A DNA stretch of 64,000 nt from Alphaproteobacteria bacterium. Its GTDB lineage: Bacteria > Pseudomonadota > Alphaproteobacteria > Rickettsiales > JABSSG01. The stretch covers positions 21,379-85,378 of the forward strand of contig JAUIIY010000002.1 in assembly GCA_030431375.1 (NCBI GenBank). The letters run 5' to 3'. The notes under the pieces were generated by a model. The model saw only the letters and a program-made list of their open reading frames with translations, made no database searches and had not been told where the DNA came from. Of this stretch, positions 1-10,963 are shown piece by piece (positions within the stretch are counted from its first letter, which is position 1; the number at the start of each line of letters is the position of its first letter). The position numbers and the translations under genes were made by a program.

Positions 1-267
1 TTTCTCTCCATTATCGGTCACGATTATTTTTTTGATAAACCCAGCATAATCCGAGATATTGTCCCATAATCCAGATTGCTTTAGAATTTCTTCGGAACCT
101 TTTGACAAAGCTATCCCACGACCATCTATCCTTTCCTTTTTAATACTACTTAGGTTCTTACCTTCAATTATGGTTGATTTAATCCCTTTACTTGAAAGTA
201 TCAAAGAGGTGGTGAGACCGTTGATTCCTCCTCCTACAATCAAAATATCTGTATCTTTAAAAATCAT
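1..267 (-). CDS. FAD-dependent monooxygenase, UbiH/UbiF/Coq6 family (5' part only; gene runs off the window start)
   Basis: Reverse-strand translation from the ATG at 265-267 gives MIFKDTDILIVGGGINGLTTSLILSSKGIKSTIIEGKNL...GRGIALSKGSEEILKQSGLWD. This has a GxGxxG FAD-binding N-terminus and a G(R)GIAL motif typical of ubiquinone-hydroxylase flavoproteins. The ORF is open to position 1, so it is absent from the supplied track. Its start overlaps the sppA stop by 11 nt. Confidence 0.55.
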   Translation of the reverse strand, partial: MIFKDTDILIVGGGINGLTTSLILSSKGIKSTIIEGKNLSSIKKERIDGRGIALSKGSEEILKQSGLWDNISDYAGFIKKIIVTDNGEK

Positions 268-1105
268 ATTTTTCCCAAAGAATTTCCTCTTTACCTCTAG
301 AAATCAGAGAATCTAAATCAAATCCAGCTGCTCTAACTGATAATAATTTTTGTAACAAGCTCTTCGTCCTAGTCACCTCGCATATTTTTACATCTTTGCC
401 GAACTCCTCCTCCAGTGTTTGATACATATCAGCTAGTTGGTCTACTAAACCTAATTCCAAAGCTCTCTTGCCTGTCCAAAACTCACCATTAAATAAATCA
501 GCTGCTTCCTCCTTGAGCTTTTTTCCTCTGCTCTCTCTTACAACATCAATAAATGATTGATGTATATCTTTCTGAATATTTTCAATAATGTCCTTATCCT
601 TTTTTTGAATCGGCAAGAAAGGATCGGCAACGGATTTATTTTTACCTTGTGATATGACCCTTCTATCTATTCCTAGCTTCTTGAGCGCCTCAACAAAACC
701 AAAACCAGCTGATATAACGCCTATGGAGCCCACTATAGAATTTTCAGATGCATATATTTTCTCACCTGCACAGGCTAGCCAGTATCCGCCTGATGCAGCG
801 ACATCTTCAACAAAAGAGTAAATTGGAAGCTTCTTTTTCTGAGCCTTATGCTTTATATAATTTGCAACGAGTTCTGACTGAACCGGTGAACCACCAGGAG
901 AATTTATAGTTAGCGCAACGGCAACCATATTTTTATTTTCGAATGCTTTATCAATCCTTGATTTTAGGTGATGTAAGTTTATCGCCTCACCACCTCTATA
1001 TCTGCCCACATCTCCTATCACCCCATGTAGCCTAATCACAGAAACACATTTCGTTTTTTTATTTTTAAAAAGTTGTTTTAATTTTTTAGAAAATTTACTT
1101 AGCAT
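257..1105 (-). CDS. sppA: signal peptide peptidase SppA, 36K type (peptidase S49)
   Basis: 282-aa ORF with INSPGGS and VAASGGYWLACA motifs and the general layout of S49 ClpP-fold peptidases. Confidence 0.8.
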   Translation of the reverse strand: MLSKFSKKLKQLFKNKKTKCVSVIRLHGVIGDVGRYRGGEAINLHHLKSRIDKAFENKNMVAVALTINSPGGSPVQSELVANYIKHKAQKKKLPIYSFVEDVAASGGYWLACAGEKIYASENSIVGSIGVISAGFGFVEALKKLGIDRRVISQGKNKSVADPFLPIQKKDKDIIENIQKDIHQSFIDVVRESRGKKLKEEAADLFNGEFWTGKRALELGLVDQLADMYQTLEEEFGKDVKICEVTRTKSLLQKLLSVRAAGFDLDSLISRGKEEILWEKYDF

Positions 1106-1880
1106 CCTTCCCTTGCTTTATTTGATTGTTATTTACTGGCCTACGGATCTTTAACGAAAATTCCTCAGATCGTGAGTTTGTTACTTTTATTTCATCCGGT
1201 AATTCTTTGCCATTTTCAAGTTCTACTGGAGCAACATTTGTCACTGCTTCTTTAGGTACTACTTCTTCTACTTTCAATTCTTCAGGATCAATCTTTTTAG
1301 CTTCAGCATTTTTTAATCTATTAGAAAATTGTGAATTCATCAAACTCAAATAATCTGCGTTCACTACTGGCTTCTGGCTTGCATGAGCTAACAAATTCTT
1401 GATCAAATCTTTATTATTCCAATCAACTATACCATCTGCTCTACCGACCTCGTAACCTGAGGAGTTAATGATTATAGTGGTTGGCAAGCTTGTGATGTTA
1501 AGATCTCTAAAAATCTTGTTTCCTCTATCTGTAAAACCTAATAAATTATATAGGCCGTTTTCTTGGTAATATTTCTCAACATCTTCACTATTTTTAAAGT
1601 CTTCCGATATAGGAATCACGATAATTGGCTTATCTCTAATTTTTTTCTGAAAAAAATCAATCTCCTTCATTTCTTGATAGCATGCATTACACCATGTTGC
1701 CCAAAAATGAAGAATTAATATATTACCTGCAAGACCATCAAGAAAATATTCTTTACCCTTAAAATCCTTCAGTGAAAAGTTAGGGATCTGAACAGGATTT
1801 CCGTATTTTATTTCAGATGCGTGCGCTTTACTAAAAAAGAAAATTTGAATTATTACCAAATATATTTTAAATATTCTCAT
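1095..1880 (-). CDS. TlpA/ResA-like periplasmic thiol:disulfide oxidoreductase with a long low-complexity C-terminal extension
   Basis: N-terminal signal peptide (…FFFSKAHA), thioredoxin-fold WATWCNAC (CxxC) motif and LPTT cis-Pro loop. About 94 extra K/E/P-rich residues follow the Trx domain. Confidence 0.7.
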   Translation of the reverse strand: MRIFKIYLVIIQIFFFSKAHASEIKYGNPVQIPNFSLKDFKGKEYFLDGLAGNILILHFWATWCNACYQEMKEIDFFQKKIRDKPIIVIPISEDFKNSEDVEKYYQENGLYNLLGFTDRGNKIFRDLNITSLPTTIIINSSGYEVGRADGIVDWNNKDLIKNLLAHASQKPVVNADYLSLMNSQFSNRLKNAEAKKIDPEELKVEEVVPKEAVTNVAPVELENGKELPDEIKVTNSRSEEFSLKIRRPVNNNQIKQGKDAK

Positions 1881-1905
1881 AATATGCTAATTAAACAATA
1901 AAAAA

Positions 1906-2031
1906 ATGTTTTCTAAAAAAATAATAACTATTATGATTATAGCAAGTTTTTTACTTATTTCATGCGGTAAAAAAGGTCCTATTTTCCCTCCTGAAAAAAC
2001 GGTTAACACAACTTCAGAGACACAAAATTAA
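1906..2031 (+). CDS. small lipoprotein, LptM/YifL-like (41 aa, not in the ORF track)
   Basis: Own translation: MFSKKIITIMIIASFLLISCGKKGPIFPPEKTVNTTSETQN. It has a lipobox (LLISC) followed by the CGxKGP(L/I)xPP signature of the small lipoprotein that commonly precedes lysA/dapF. The stop TAA overlaps the lysA ATG (TAATG at 2029-2033). Confidence 0.65.
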   Translation: MFSKKIITIMIIASFLLISCGKKGPIFPPEKTVNTTSETQN

Positions 2032-3269
2032 TGTTAGCATATAAAAGCAACAAATTATTTTTTGACAATCACTCTATTGAGAGCCTGGCTGCAAGCTACA
2101 ATACTCCTTTATATGTATATTCTCAGTCAGTAATAGAATCTAACATACTGAAATATAAAAATGCTTTCGGAGAATTTAGTCCAATCATTTGTTATGCCGT
2201 AAAGGCGTTATCCAACATAAACATCTTGAAAGTAATTTCTGGCTTAGGATGCGGGTTTGACTGCGTTTCGGAGGGAGAAATGAGACGCATTATGCAATTT
2301 TCTTCTAATCTCAAGCATAGTGTCATTTCTGGTATAGGTAAGAGCGAAGAAGAAATCAGCTTTGCTTTAGAAAATGATATCTTACTGATCAATATTGAGT
2401 CGATTGAGGAAGCATTTCGTATAAATGATATTGCCAAGAAAATGGGCAAAAAGGCCCCTATAGGTATTAGATTTAATCCTGATATTGACGGCAAAACACA
2501 CAGCAAGATAAGAACTGGAACCAAAGAAGATAAATTTGGTATCAGCCAAGAAGATATTTTACTAAATATAAAAACCCTAGCTGAACAAGAATATTTAGAA
2601 ATAAATGCAATATCCTGCCATATTGGTTCTCAAATCACTGAATTAAAACCTTACATAGATGCCTATAAGAGAATTCAGTCACTTCTAGACAATCTTTTAG
2701 CACAAGGTTTGAAATTAGAATATTTGGATATCGGCGGAGGAGTTGGAATTCAATATAAAGATGAGAATTTATTATCTCTTGATGATATGGCCGCAGCCTA
2801 CAAAGAACATCTCGCAAAATATAATTTAAAGCTCATTATCGAACCCGGCCGCTCTATTGTAGGTAATGCTGGCATTCTGATTTCTAAAATAATAGAAATT
2901 AAGAACCAGGATTCTGATAAGCCTTTTATTATAATAGACGCAGGGATGAATGATATAATGAGAACAGCTCTATATGACATGTATCATCAAATAAAGCCAG
3001 CCGACACCTCAGAGGCAAAAAAAGTCACATACCAGATAGTTGGGCCTATATGTGAATCCTCCGATATTCATTCCAAAAACGAGTTAATGCCAAAACAAAA
3101 AAATGGCCAGTTTTTGGTTATTCTAGATTCTGGTGCTTATTGTGCATCTATGAGCTCTAATTACAACACCAGACCTCTCGCCAGCGAGATATTAATTACT
3201 AACGAGCAAACAAAAATCATTAGAAAAAGACAAAATTATAATGATTTATTCAAAAATGAGCTGCTTTAA
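2031..3269 (+). CDS. lysA: diaminopimelate decarboxylase
   Basis: 412-aa ORF. It shows the PLP-dependent fold-III decarboxylase pattern (YAVKA, GGGVGI, EPGRSIVGNAG, CESSD, SGAYCASMSSNYN). Confidence 0.9.
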   Translation: MLAYKSNKLFFDNHSIESLAASYNTPLYVYSQSVIESNILKYKNAFGEFSPIICYAVKALSNINILKVISGLGCGFDCVSEGEMRRIMQFSSNLKHSVISGIGKSEEEISFALENDILLINIESIEEAFRINDIAKKMGKKAPIGIRFNPDIDGKTHSKIRTGTKEDKFGISQEDILLNIKTLAEQEYLEINAISCHIGSQITELKPYIDAYKRIQSLLDNLLAQGLKLEYLDIGGGVGIQYKDENLLSLDDMAAAYKEHLAKYNLKLIIEPGRSIVGNAGILISKIIEIKNQDSDKPFIIIDAGMNDIMRTALYDMYHQIKPADTSEAKKVTYQIVGPICESSDIHSKNELMPKQKNGQFLVILDSGAYCASMSSNYNTRPLASEILITNEQTKIIRKRQNYNDLFKNELL

Positions 3270-3302
3270 TATAGAATTACCCTAAGTTATTAGAGGATAA
3301 AC

Positions 3303-3977
3303 TTGCTAGATAATTATCACATATTAGTTGTAGATGATGATGATAGGATCCGCAGCTTATTATCACGCTTCCTAAAGCAGGAAGGTTATATTGTTTCGAC
3401 CGCAAGCAATGCAGAAGAGGCAAGATCACTAACAAATTTGTTTAGTCTAGACCTCATAATATTAGATCTGATGATGCCAGGAGAAAGTGGCTTAGATTTC
3501 GCTAAATCGATACGCAAACAATCAAACATTGTTATATTGATGCTCACTGCACTTGGTAGTACAGAAGATAGAATCAGCGGCCTAGAAAATGGAGCTGATG
3601 ATTATCTACCAAAACCCTTCGATCCAAAGGAATTATTATTAAGAATTCAAAAGTTATTATTCCGCTCAAAAGCATATAAAAAATCTTTAAACACTATTCA
3701 AATTGGTAAAGCTCTTTTTAATAGCCTGAACAACACACTTGAATTGGACGGAAAGGTTAGCCCCTTAAGTGTAAATGAAACAAAATTGCTTAAATTCTTT
3801 TTAGCTCGTAAATCTTCTATAATACCCAGGGAAGAAATAGCTGAATATATGGGTAACATTAATGATAGATCCGTTGATGTTCAAGTAACGCGCCTTAGAA
3901 ACAAAATTGAATCTAATCCCAAATCTCCAGTCGTGATTCAATCCATTAGAAATAAAGGATATGTTTTTTATGCTTGA
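3303..3977 (+). CDS. OmpR-family two-component response regulator
   Basis: TTG start 5 nt after a GAGGA Shine-Dalgarno. Receiver domain motifs (ILVVDDDD…DLIILDLMMPG…KPF) and a winged-helix C-terminus (VDVQVTRLRNKIE…IQSIRNKGYVF). Confidence 0.85.
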   Translation: MLDNYHILVVDDDDRIRSLLSRFLKQEGYIVSTASNAEEARSLTNLFSLDLIILDLMMPGESGLDFAKSIRKQSNIVILMLTALGSTEDRISGLENGADDYLPKPFDPKELLLRIQKLLFRSKAYKKSLNTIQIGKALFNSLNNTLELDGKVSPLSVNETKLLKFFLARKSSIIPREEIAEYMGNINDRSVDVQVTRLRNKIESNPKSPVVIQSIRNKGYVFYA

Positions 3978-5277
3978 TTGGCTTAAGTTAACTTCCCCAA
4001 AATCTCTGATGGCACGTATGCTTATTATCATCGTGGTACCAGTAATCATCTCACAAATCATCGTCAGCATTGTTTTCTTCCATCGGCACTGGGATACAGT
4101 CGAAAAAAAAATGATGCATTCATTAGTCAGTGAAATCTCCTTTATTAATAATCTATATAAAAAAGGCGATAAAAAAATTCTGGAGACGTTCCAAAAGCAT
4201 AATTCTATTATCATACAAATTAAAAATAAAAGATTACACTTAACTGATAACATTAAAGAAACCGAATTTTATGGTGCCTTGGAAAGATTTAAAGAAGATT
4301 TAAGGAAAAATATCCCTGAAAAATTTGAGATATCATATTCATTTAAATACAGACAAGTAATAGTTGATATTCATCACAAAGACCAAGATTTACTGCTAAT
4401 TTTTTCCAGGAAAAAATTATATACTTCTACCACATCCATATTTATCTATTGGGTTATAGGAAGCTCTCTACTTTTCTTAGTCATCACCATCCTATTCGCG
4501 AAAAATCAAATAAGGTCCATTACCAAACTTAGTTCTGCGGCAAACGATCTAGGCAGGGGAAGGAAGATTGTGGATTTTAAACCTCAAGGTGCGATAGAGG
4601 TTAAAAAAGCAGGTTACGCATTTCTGGAAATGCAGAGAAGAATAGAGAATCATATAAATCAGAGAACCTCATTACTTGCAGGCGTATCACATGATTTAAA
4701 AACTCCTCTAACAAGTATGAAGCTAGAGCTTGAAATGACAAAAGATTCGCAATTAAAAGAAAATCTATTAGAAGATTTATCACGCATGGAGCAAACCTTG
4801 GATGATTATCTAGAATTTGCGAGTTCTGAAAATAAACAGCAGCATACAAGTTTGATTAATTTGAGTGATTTATTAAAAGAGATATCTGTGAATTATGAGA
4901 AGAAATTTCAAAAATTCGATTTCTCCGCAGAGAAAAATATTTATGCAAATATAAAAGCCAATCAATTTAGAAGAGCAATTGTAAATCTATTAGATAATGC
5001 TGCAAAATTTGCTACAGAAATTAAATTTATTACCAAGCAAGTAGGAAAAAATATCATGATTGAAATTCATGATAATGGACCAGGAATTTCAGCTGGGGAA
5101 AGGGAAAAAGTATTCAAGCCGTTCTATCGTATAGAATCATCCCGGAATAAAAAGACTGGTGGCGTTGGACTAGGCATGTCTATAGCTAACGATATTATAT
5201 CAAAGCATGGCGGACAACTAAATCTTGGAAATAGTTATTTAGGTGGATTATTAATAACGATCCGCATTCCTATCTAA
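3961..5277 (+). CDS. EnvZ-like sensor histidine kinase
   Basis: Two TM segments, a HAMP-like linker, H-box SHDLKTPLT, N-box LLDNAAKF, G-boxes DNGPGI and GGVGLGMSI. Overlaps the upstream response regulator by 17 nt. Confidence 0.85.
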   Translation: MFFMLDWLKLTSPKSLMARMLIIIVVPVIISQIIVSIVFFHRHWDTVEKKMMHSLVSEISFINNLYKKGDKKILETFQKHNSIIIQIKNKRLHLTDNIKETEFYGALERFKEDLRKNIPEKFEISYSFKYRQVIVDIHHKDQDLLLIFSRKKLYTSTTSIFIYWVIGSSLLFLVITILFAKNQIRSITKLSSAANDLGRGRKIVDFKPQGAIEVKKAGYAFLEMQRRIENHINQRTSLLAGVSHDLKTPLTSMKLELEMTKDSQLKENLLEDLSRMEQTLDDYLEFASSENKQQHTSLINLSDLLKEISVNYEKKFQKFDFSAEKNIYANIKANQFRRAIVNLLDNAAKFATEIKFITKQVGKNIMIEIHDNGPGISAGEREKVFKPFYRIESSRNKKTGGVGLGMSIANDIISKHGGQLNLGNSYLGGLLITIRIPI

Positions 5278-5744
5278 AAAGGAATATCATCGTCTAAATC
5301 CTGAGAAAGGAAGCTTTCTCCTTCTTCAGCTAACGAAGATGAAGAAGAACCTGACATATGAGAATTATTATCAAACTGACTATTCTCACCACCCCTAGCA
5401 TCTAACATAGTCAATGAACCATTATAACCCTGTAATACAATCTCAGTGTTATAGCGCTCTTGTCCGTTATTATCGGTCCATTTCCTGGTCTGAAGACTAC
5501 CCTCAACAAATAATTTCGAACCTTTTTTCACGTAATTTTTTACCACATTAACAAGCCCTTCCGAAAAAACAACCACTCTATGCCATTCTGTTTTCTCTCT
5601 TTTTTCTCCTGTTGATTTGTCTCTCCAGCTTTCTGATGTAGCTAATGCTATTTGGGCTATCTCTCTGCCATCCTGAGTAGACCTAATTTCTGGGTCTCTA
5701 CCAACATTTCCTATAAGCATTACCTTATTTAAACTTCCAGCCAT
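5274..5744 (-). CDS. ssb: single-stranded DNA-binding protein
   Basis: OB-fold N-terminus (LNKVMLIGNVGRDPE…TEWHRVV) and the canonical acidic C-terminal tip DDDIPF. Confidence 0.95.
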   Translation of the reverse strand: MAGSLNKVMLIGNVGRDPEIRSTQDGREIAQIALATSESWRDKSTGEKREKTEWHRVVVFSEGLVNVVKNYVKKGSKLFVEGSLQTRKWTDNNGQERYNTEIVLQGYNGSLTMLDARGGENSQFDNNSHMSGSSSSSLAEEGESFLSQDLDDDIPF

Positions 5745-5834
5745 TTGACAAACTCCATAAAAAAATGTTTAAAAAATTACGTTAGCCTTTATAATAGGCA
5801 AATTCTTCTAGGAAAACCATGAAAAAATTTTAGT

Positions 5835-8681
5835 ATGTTAGAAAAAATCGAAATACGTGGTGCAAAAGAGCATAATCTCAAAAACATCAATGTAGATATC
5901 CCAAAAAACAAATTTGTTGTAATAACCGGGCTTAGCGGATCGGGAAAATCATCCTTAGCGTTTGATACAATTTATGCTGAAGGTCAAAGACGATATGTAG
6001 AAAGTCTTTCAGCTTATGCAAGACAATTTCTCCAGCTTCACAATAAGCCAGATGTTGAATCTATAAAGGGGTTATCTCCTGCAATTGCTATTGATCAGAA
6101 AACCACTTCTAAAAATCCTAGATCTACCGTAGGAACAATAACCGAAATATATGATTATTTGCGCCTACTTTTCGCCAGAATAGGAGTTCCGCATTCTCCA
6201 ACCACAGGAAAACCGATAGAAAAGCAATCATCCTCTCAGATAGTTGAAAAAATTTCTTCGTTACCGTTAAATTCAAAAATTTACATCTTAGCTCCTATTG
6301 TGAAAGGAGAAAAAGGCGAGCATAGAAAAGAATTTATTCACCTTAGAAAACAAGGGTTTCAGCGCGTAAAAATTGATAATATCGTCTATGATATTGATGA
6401 TTTACCGCAAATTGATAAAAATAAAAAACATACTATTGAAGTAATTGTTGATAGGTTGGTTATCAACGATGAATTAGGCAATAGACTAGCTGATAGTGTT
6501 GAAACAGCTCTTAAGATGGGCCAGGGCATAGTTCATGTTGAAATTCTAAAAAACGAAGCAGATAACGATATATTAATTTTCTCGGAAAAATTTGCCTGCC
6601 CAGAATCCGGCTTCCAATTAGAAGAGATTGAACCTCGTATTTTTTCTTTCAACAGCCCATTTGGAGCTTGTCCCACCTGTGAAGGTATAGGTATTGAGCA
6701 TTATTTTTCTCCTGAGTTAGTAATAGCAGATGATTCGCTATCTTTGTATGATGGAGCAATTGCACCATGGGAAATAACCAAAACCCGTGAGCAGCAACAA
6801 ATTCTTGAAGCTTTGGCAAAGAGATATAAATTTAGTATTCATAAGCCTTTCAATACACTACCTAAAGAAGTACAAGATATTATTCTGTATGGCACAGACG
6901 AAAAGTTGGAAGTCACATTCCAAGTTGGATTGTCAGAGAAAAAAAGCGAGATATCCTTCCCAGGTGTAATTAATGACTTAACCTCAAAAGCAAAAGACCC
7001 TGCTACAAGTTGGGCATATGAAGATCTTATTAAATTTCAAACTACTAGACCTTGTAAATCATGTGAAGGGTTTAGACTCAAAGAAGAATCACTATGCATA
7101 AAAATAGCTGATTTTCATATAGGCCAAGTTGCCGCCCTAACCATAAATAAATGCTCCGATTGGTTTTCTGAACTTCCGTCTAGACTTAGCGACACTCATT
7201 ATAAAATTGCTGAAAGAGTCATCAAAGAAATACGAGAAAGATTAAAATTTCTTCTCAATGTTGGCCTAGAATATTTAACATTATCGAGAAATTCTGGCAC
7301 ATTATCTGGTGGCGAAAGCCAAAGAATCAGATTAGCATCGCAAATCGGATCAGGTCTAACCGGGGTGCTCTATGTTCTTGATGAGCCATCAATCGGTCTC
7401 CATCAATGTGATAATGATAAGTTAATCGCAACCTTACGCAATCTTACAAATATTGGTAATACCGTGATTGTGGTAGAACATGATGAAGAAACTATGGCAG
7501 CATCCGATCATTTAATTGATATTGGTCCAGGAGCTGGGATTCATGGCGGCCAAATTATTTCTCAAGGCACACCAGATGAGGTGACAAATGATGAAAATAG
7601 TATCACTGGCCAATATTTGAAGGGAACAAAATATATTCCTGTTCCAAAAAAATGGCGAAAAGGTAACGGTAATCAGCTTGCCTTGTATGGTGCAACAGCG
7701 AATAATTTACAAGATGTTGATATTACCATCCCGCTTTCAACTTTTACTTGCGTTACAGGCGTGTCAGGAAGTGGGAAATCTAGCTTGATCATTCACACTT
7801 TTTATAAAGCTGCCGCCAAAAAATTAGAAAGAAAGTCAGTTACTCCTCTGGCACATAAAAAAATTACCGGACTAGAATATATTGATAAAATAGTCGATAT
7901 AAATCAATCCCCAATCGGCAGAACACCTCGATCTAACCCAGCAACATATACTGGTGTTTTCAATCTAATAAGAGACTGGTTCACTGCACTCCCTGAATCA
8001 AAATCTAGGGGCTATAAACCAGGCCGCTTCTCGTTTAACGTGAAAGGTGGAAGATGTGAAACATGTCAAGGCGATGGTGTAATAAAAATCGAAATGCATT
8101 TCTTACCTGACGTATATGTCAAATGTGATGAGTGTAAAGGACAAAGATATAACAAAGAAACCTTGGAAATAAAATATAAAGACAAATCAATTTCCGACGT
8201 TTTAGAAATGACAGTAGAGGACTCACTCAAATTCTTTGATAAAATACCTCTGATAAAAAGTAAATTAGTTGCTCTGAGGGATGTAGGCCTTAGTTATATA
8301 AAAATCGGACAACCCGCCACTACTTTATCTGGCGGTGAAGCTCAGAGAGTTAAGCTTGCTAAAGAGCTTGCAAGAAAATCCACAGGAAGGACTTTATATA
8401 TATTAGATGAGCCTACCACCGGACTACATGTTGATGATATTGGCAAATTACTAACCGTACTACATCGTCTTGTTGATATGGGAAATACTGTATTAGTGAT
8501 TGAGCATAATATGGATGTAATCAAAACAGCTGACCACATTATTGACGTTGGACCTGGTGGAGGTGATAAAGGTGGTAAGATTGTCTGTATTGGCACCCCA
8601 GACGAAATTGTCACACATCCAGAAAGCTTAACAGGCAAATATCTACTAAAATATCTTGAGAAGGCAAGAAAGAGTCAGTAA
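5835..8681 (+). CDS. uvrA: excinuclease ABC subunit A
   Basis: 948 aa. Two ABC ATPase modules ([23 protein letters not shown]), zinc-finger cysteines ([14 protein letters not shown]). Divergent from ssb as in many bacteria. Confidence 0.97.
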   Translation: MLEKIEIRGAKEHNLKNINVDIPKNKFVVITGLSGSGKSSLAFDTIYAEGQRRYVESLSAYARQFLQLHNKPDVESIKGLSPAIAIDQKTTSKNPRSTVGTITEIYDYLRLLFARIGVPHSPTTGKPIEKQSSSQIVEKISSLPLNSKIYILAPIVKGEKGEHRKEFIHLRKQGFQRVKIDNIVYDIDDLPQIDKNKKHTIEVIVDRLVINDELGNRLADSVETALKMGQGIVHVEILKNEADNDILIFSEKFACPESGFQLEEIEPRIFSFNSPFGACPTCEGIGIEHYFSPELVIADDSLSLYDGAIAPWEITKTREQQQILEALAKRYKFSIHKPFNTLPKEVQDIILYGTDEKLEVTFQVGLSEKKSEISFPGVINDLTSKAKDPATSWAYEDLIKFQTTRPCKSCEGFRLKEESLCIKIADFHIGQVAALTINKCSDWFSELPSRLSDTHYKIAERVIKEIRERLKFLLNVGLEYLTLSRNSGTLSGGESQRIRLASQIGSGLTGVLYVLDEPSIGLHQCDNDKLIATLRNLTNIGNTVIVVEHDEETMAASDHLIDIGPGAGIHGGQIISQGTPDEVTNDENSITGQYLKGTKYIPVPKKWRKGNGNQLALYGATANNLQDVDITIPLSTFTCVTGVSGSGKSSLIIHTFYKAAAKKLERKSVTPLAHKKITGLEYIDKIVDINQSPIGRTPRSNPATYTGVFNLIRDWFTALPESKSRGYKPGRFSFNVKGGRCETCQGDGVIKIEMHFLPDVYVKCDECKGQRYNKETLEIKYKDKSISDVLEMTVEDSLKFFDKIPLIKSKLVALRDVGLSYIKIGQPATTLSGGEAQRVKLAKELARKSTGRTLYILDEPTTGLHVDDIGKLLTVLHRLVDMGNTVLVIEHNMDVIKTADHIIDVGPGGGDKGGKIVCIGTPDEIVTHPESLTGKYLLKYLEKARKSQ

Positions 8682-8688
8682 AGCTGGC

Positions 8689-9006
8689 TTATTTCTTGCT
8701 GCGTTTGAATTCTTCAATATCAAAGGAAGGGTGTAACTTGCCATCATCTGCAATAATAAACCCATCTTCATGGATTTTTTGGTCCTCTAGAGAATTTTTT
8801 TTACTGTGAGAACTATCCTCATCGATTGATGAAATAAAGTCGTTATGCAAAGAAACTAAGTTGCTTCTGACTTCTCTTTTAACTGAAGAAAATTTCTTAA
8901 TGAAGGATCGATAAATTTTCGCTATTTCGGGCATATCTTTTTTATTTAAGAAAAACACACCTATGATTATAATAACTAGTAACTCATCAAAGGAAATGCC
9001 AAACAT
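8689..9006 (-). CDS. Sec-independent (Tat) translocase subunit, TatB/TatA family
   Basis: From the ATG at 9004-9006 the protein begins [39 protein letters not shown]. That is a Tat TM helix plus amphipathic helix. The ATG overlaps the cytochrome c1 stop (TAATG). The track ORF's extra 6 codons start at a TTG and are probably not translated. Confidence 0.6.
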   Translation of the reverse strand: MFGISFDELLVIIIIGVFFLNKKDMPEIAKIYRSFIKKFSSVKREVRSNLVSLHNDFISSIDEDSSHSKKNSLEDQKIHEDGFIIADDGKLHPSFDIEEFKRSKK

Positions 9007-9758
9007 TACTTTATGTCTGCCCAAACTCTTTTATAAGCTATATAGAACAACGCTGTAAAAGCGAACATATATAGCAAGAATTTTATTCCCATTAATTTTC
9101 TTTTCTCCATTTCTGGCTCAGCAGCCCATTGTAAGAAATTCACCACATCTCTAGACATTTGATCTATGGTTGCCTTTTTACCATCGATATAGGTAACCAT
9201 ATCACTTGATAATGGTGATGGCATGGCAATTTGTTTTCCTTCAAAATAAGGATTATAGCTCATACCTTCTTGCAAATGAAACCCTTTGGGCGGATTCTCA
9301 TATCCAGTTAGTAATGAGTAAACATAATTTGCACCATCTGGCCTGGCTTTAATAATAAGGGATAAGTCAGGTGGTAAGGCCCCATTATTTGCCGCTCTTG
9401 CAGCTTTTTCATTTTTATATGGGCTAGGAATTTTATCTGACGCTTTACCAGGCCTTTCATACATGTCACCATCATCATTAGGGCCATCTTGAACTTGATA
9501 CTCTGCAGCTAAAGACTTGATTTCTGCCTTAGTTAGGCCAACTTCTTCTAAATTTCTGAAAGAAATATAATCCAAGGAATGGCAAACTGCACATACGTCT
9601 TTATAAACTTGAAACCCTCGCTGAACAGCTTGCTTATCAAAGCGCCCAAAAACACCATCAAATGGCCATGATTGCTGCATAGGCTCCAATTTATTTGCTG
9701 AGCCAAAGCAATTATTGAATGAAAAGAAACATAAAAAAATTACAAAATATTTTCTCAT
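9006..9758 (-). CDS. petC: cytochrome c1 (ubiquinol-cytochrome c reductase)
   Basis: Signal peptide, heme-binding CAVCHS motif, PPDLS motif, C-terminal TM anchor. Third gene of the petABC operon. Confidence 0.85.
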   Translation of the reverse strand: MRKYFVIFLCFFSFNNCFGSANKLEPMQQSWPFDGVFGRFDKQAVQRGFQVYKDVCAVCHSLDYISFRNLEEVGLTKAEIKSLAAEYQVQDGPNDDGDMYERPGKASDKIPSPYKNEKAARAANNGALPPDLSLIIKARPDGANYVYSLLTGYENPPKGFHLQEGMSYNPYFEGKQIAMPSPLSSDMVTYIDGKKATIDQMSRDVVNFLQWAAEPEMEKRKLMGIKFLLYMFAFTALFYIAYKRVWADIK

Positions 9759-10963
9759 TTTGCCTCACTAATCGATTGAGGTACTTTCAGGGTTTTTTCA
9801 TATTTGCCTAGCAGTGGCACAATCACAAAAAAATGGAGGAAATAATAAAATGTCGCTATCTGGCCAAAATATATGTACCAACCTTCAGGAGGGTTGCCAC
9901 CAATATAGCCTAATAGAATTACGTCACATATAAATATCCAGTAAAAGATTTTAAATTTAGGTCTATAAGCGCCACTTTTAACCTTGCTACTATCAAGCCA
10001 AGGTAACAAAAATAATACTCCTATGGCACTAAACATTGCAATTACTCCACCAAGCTTACTTGGAATTGCCCTTAGAATCGCATAAAACGGCAAGAAGTAC
10101 CATTCTGGAACAATATGAGGCGGTGTCACCATCGGGTCAGATTGTATATAATTATCTGGGTGCCCTAAATAATTTGGTTGATAGAAAATAAAATAACCAA
10201 ACACTATTAGATAAACCCCAAATCCAACAAAATCTTTCACTGTATAATATGGGTGGAAGGGTATTGTGTCTTTTTTCGATTTAACCTCTACTCCAGTAGG
10301 ATTGTTTGAGCCGTGAACATGTAGTGCCGTAATATGTAATATAACCATCGCTACAATTATCATCGGAAGCAAATAATGTAGAGCAAAAAATCTATTTAAG
10401 GTAGGATCATCCACAGCAAAACCACCCCATAACCATTGTACAATCGACTCACCTATAAGAGGAATCGCAGAGAATAGATTTGTAATTACTGTTGCTCCCC
10501 AGAAACTCATCTGCCCCCAAGGCAGCACGTAACCCATAAAGGCAGTTGCCATCATCAAAAGGAAAATGAATAAACCGAAGAACCATACTAACTCCCGAGG
10601 GCTTTTATATGATCCGTAATACAAACCCCTAGCTATATGAGCATATACAGCTACGAAAAACATTGATGCACCAACTGCGTGCATATATCTGATTAACCAA
10701 CCGTAATTAACATTACGCATGATATTTTCTACACTATCAAAAGCAGTATCCGCATTTGGAGAATAATGCATTGCCAAGAAAATTCCTGTAAGTATCTGAA
10801 TCAACAGCGCAATTCCTGCTATGGAACCAAAGCTCCACATATAACTTAGATTTTTTGGCGTTCTATACTCACCCAAATGTTTGATAAAAGTAAAAATTGG
10901 CAATCTATAATCGATCCACTCAACTATACCTTGTTTTTCAACTTTCTTATCTTGCATGATCAC
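9755..10963 (-). CDS. petB: cytochrome b
   Basis: 402 aa, multi-TM, conserved heme-ligand histidine regions and [13 protein letters not shown] motif. Confidence 0.95.
   Translation of the reverse strand: MIMQDKKVEKQGIVEWIDYRLPIFTFIKHLGEYRTPKNLSYMWSFGSIAGIALLIQILTGIFLAMHYSPNADTAFDSVENIMRNVNYGWLIRYMHAVGASMFFVAVYAHIARGLYYGSYKSPRELVWFFGLFIFLLMMATAFMGYVLPWGQMSFWGATVITNLFSAIPLIGESIVQWLWGGFAVDDPTLNRFFALHYLLPMIIVAMVILHITALHVHGSNNPTGVEVKSKKDTIPFHPYYTVKDFVGFGVYLIVFGYFIFYQPNYLGHPDNYIQSDPMVTPPHIVPEWYFLPFYAILRAIPSKLGGVIAMFSAIGVLFLLPWLDSSKVKSGAYRPKFKIFYWIFICDVILLGYIGGNPPEGWYIYFGQIATFYYFLHFFVIVPLLGKYEKTLKVPQSISEAK

Noticed and set aside
59-316. 85-aa plus-strand ORF at the window start
   Set aside because: It lies antisense to a much better-supported minus-strand FAD-monooxygenase N-terminus (GxGxxG) and to the sppA 3' end. 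Its sequence is low-complexity with no family features.
4103-4111. A9 homopolymer runs inside coding sequence (4103-4111 in the histidine kinase; 53378-53386 at the 5' end of the M23 peptidase; several A7-A8 or T8 runs elsewhere)
   Set aside because: All reading frames are intact across these runs, and such tracts are expected in AT-rich, lysine-rich genomes. They could be slippage-prone, but nothing in the sequence shows phase variation.
5745-5834. SOS/LexA operator in the ssb-uvrA divergent region (also looked upstream of recA, 42314-42383, and recN)
   Set aside because: I saw no alphaproteobacterial GTTC-N7-GTTC/GAAC-N7-GAAC direct repeat and no CTGT-N8-ACAG palindrome. recN has only an 8-nt gap to bamD. 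This is consistent with a LexA-less lineage, but absence judged by eye is weak evidence. A TTGACA at 5745-5750 has only a poor -10 (TTTAAA) at 17-nt spacing.
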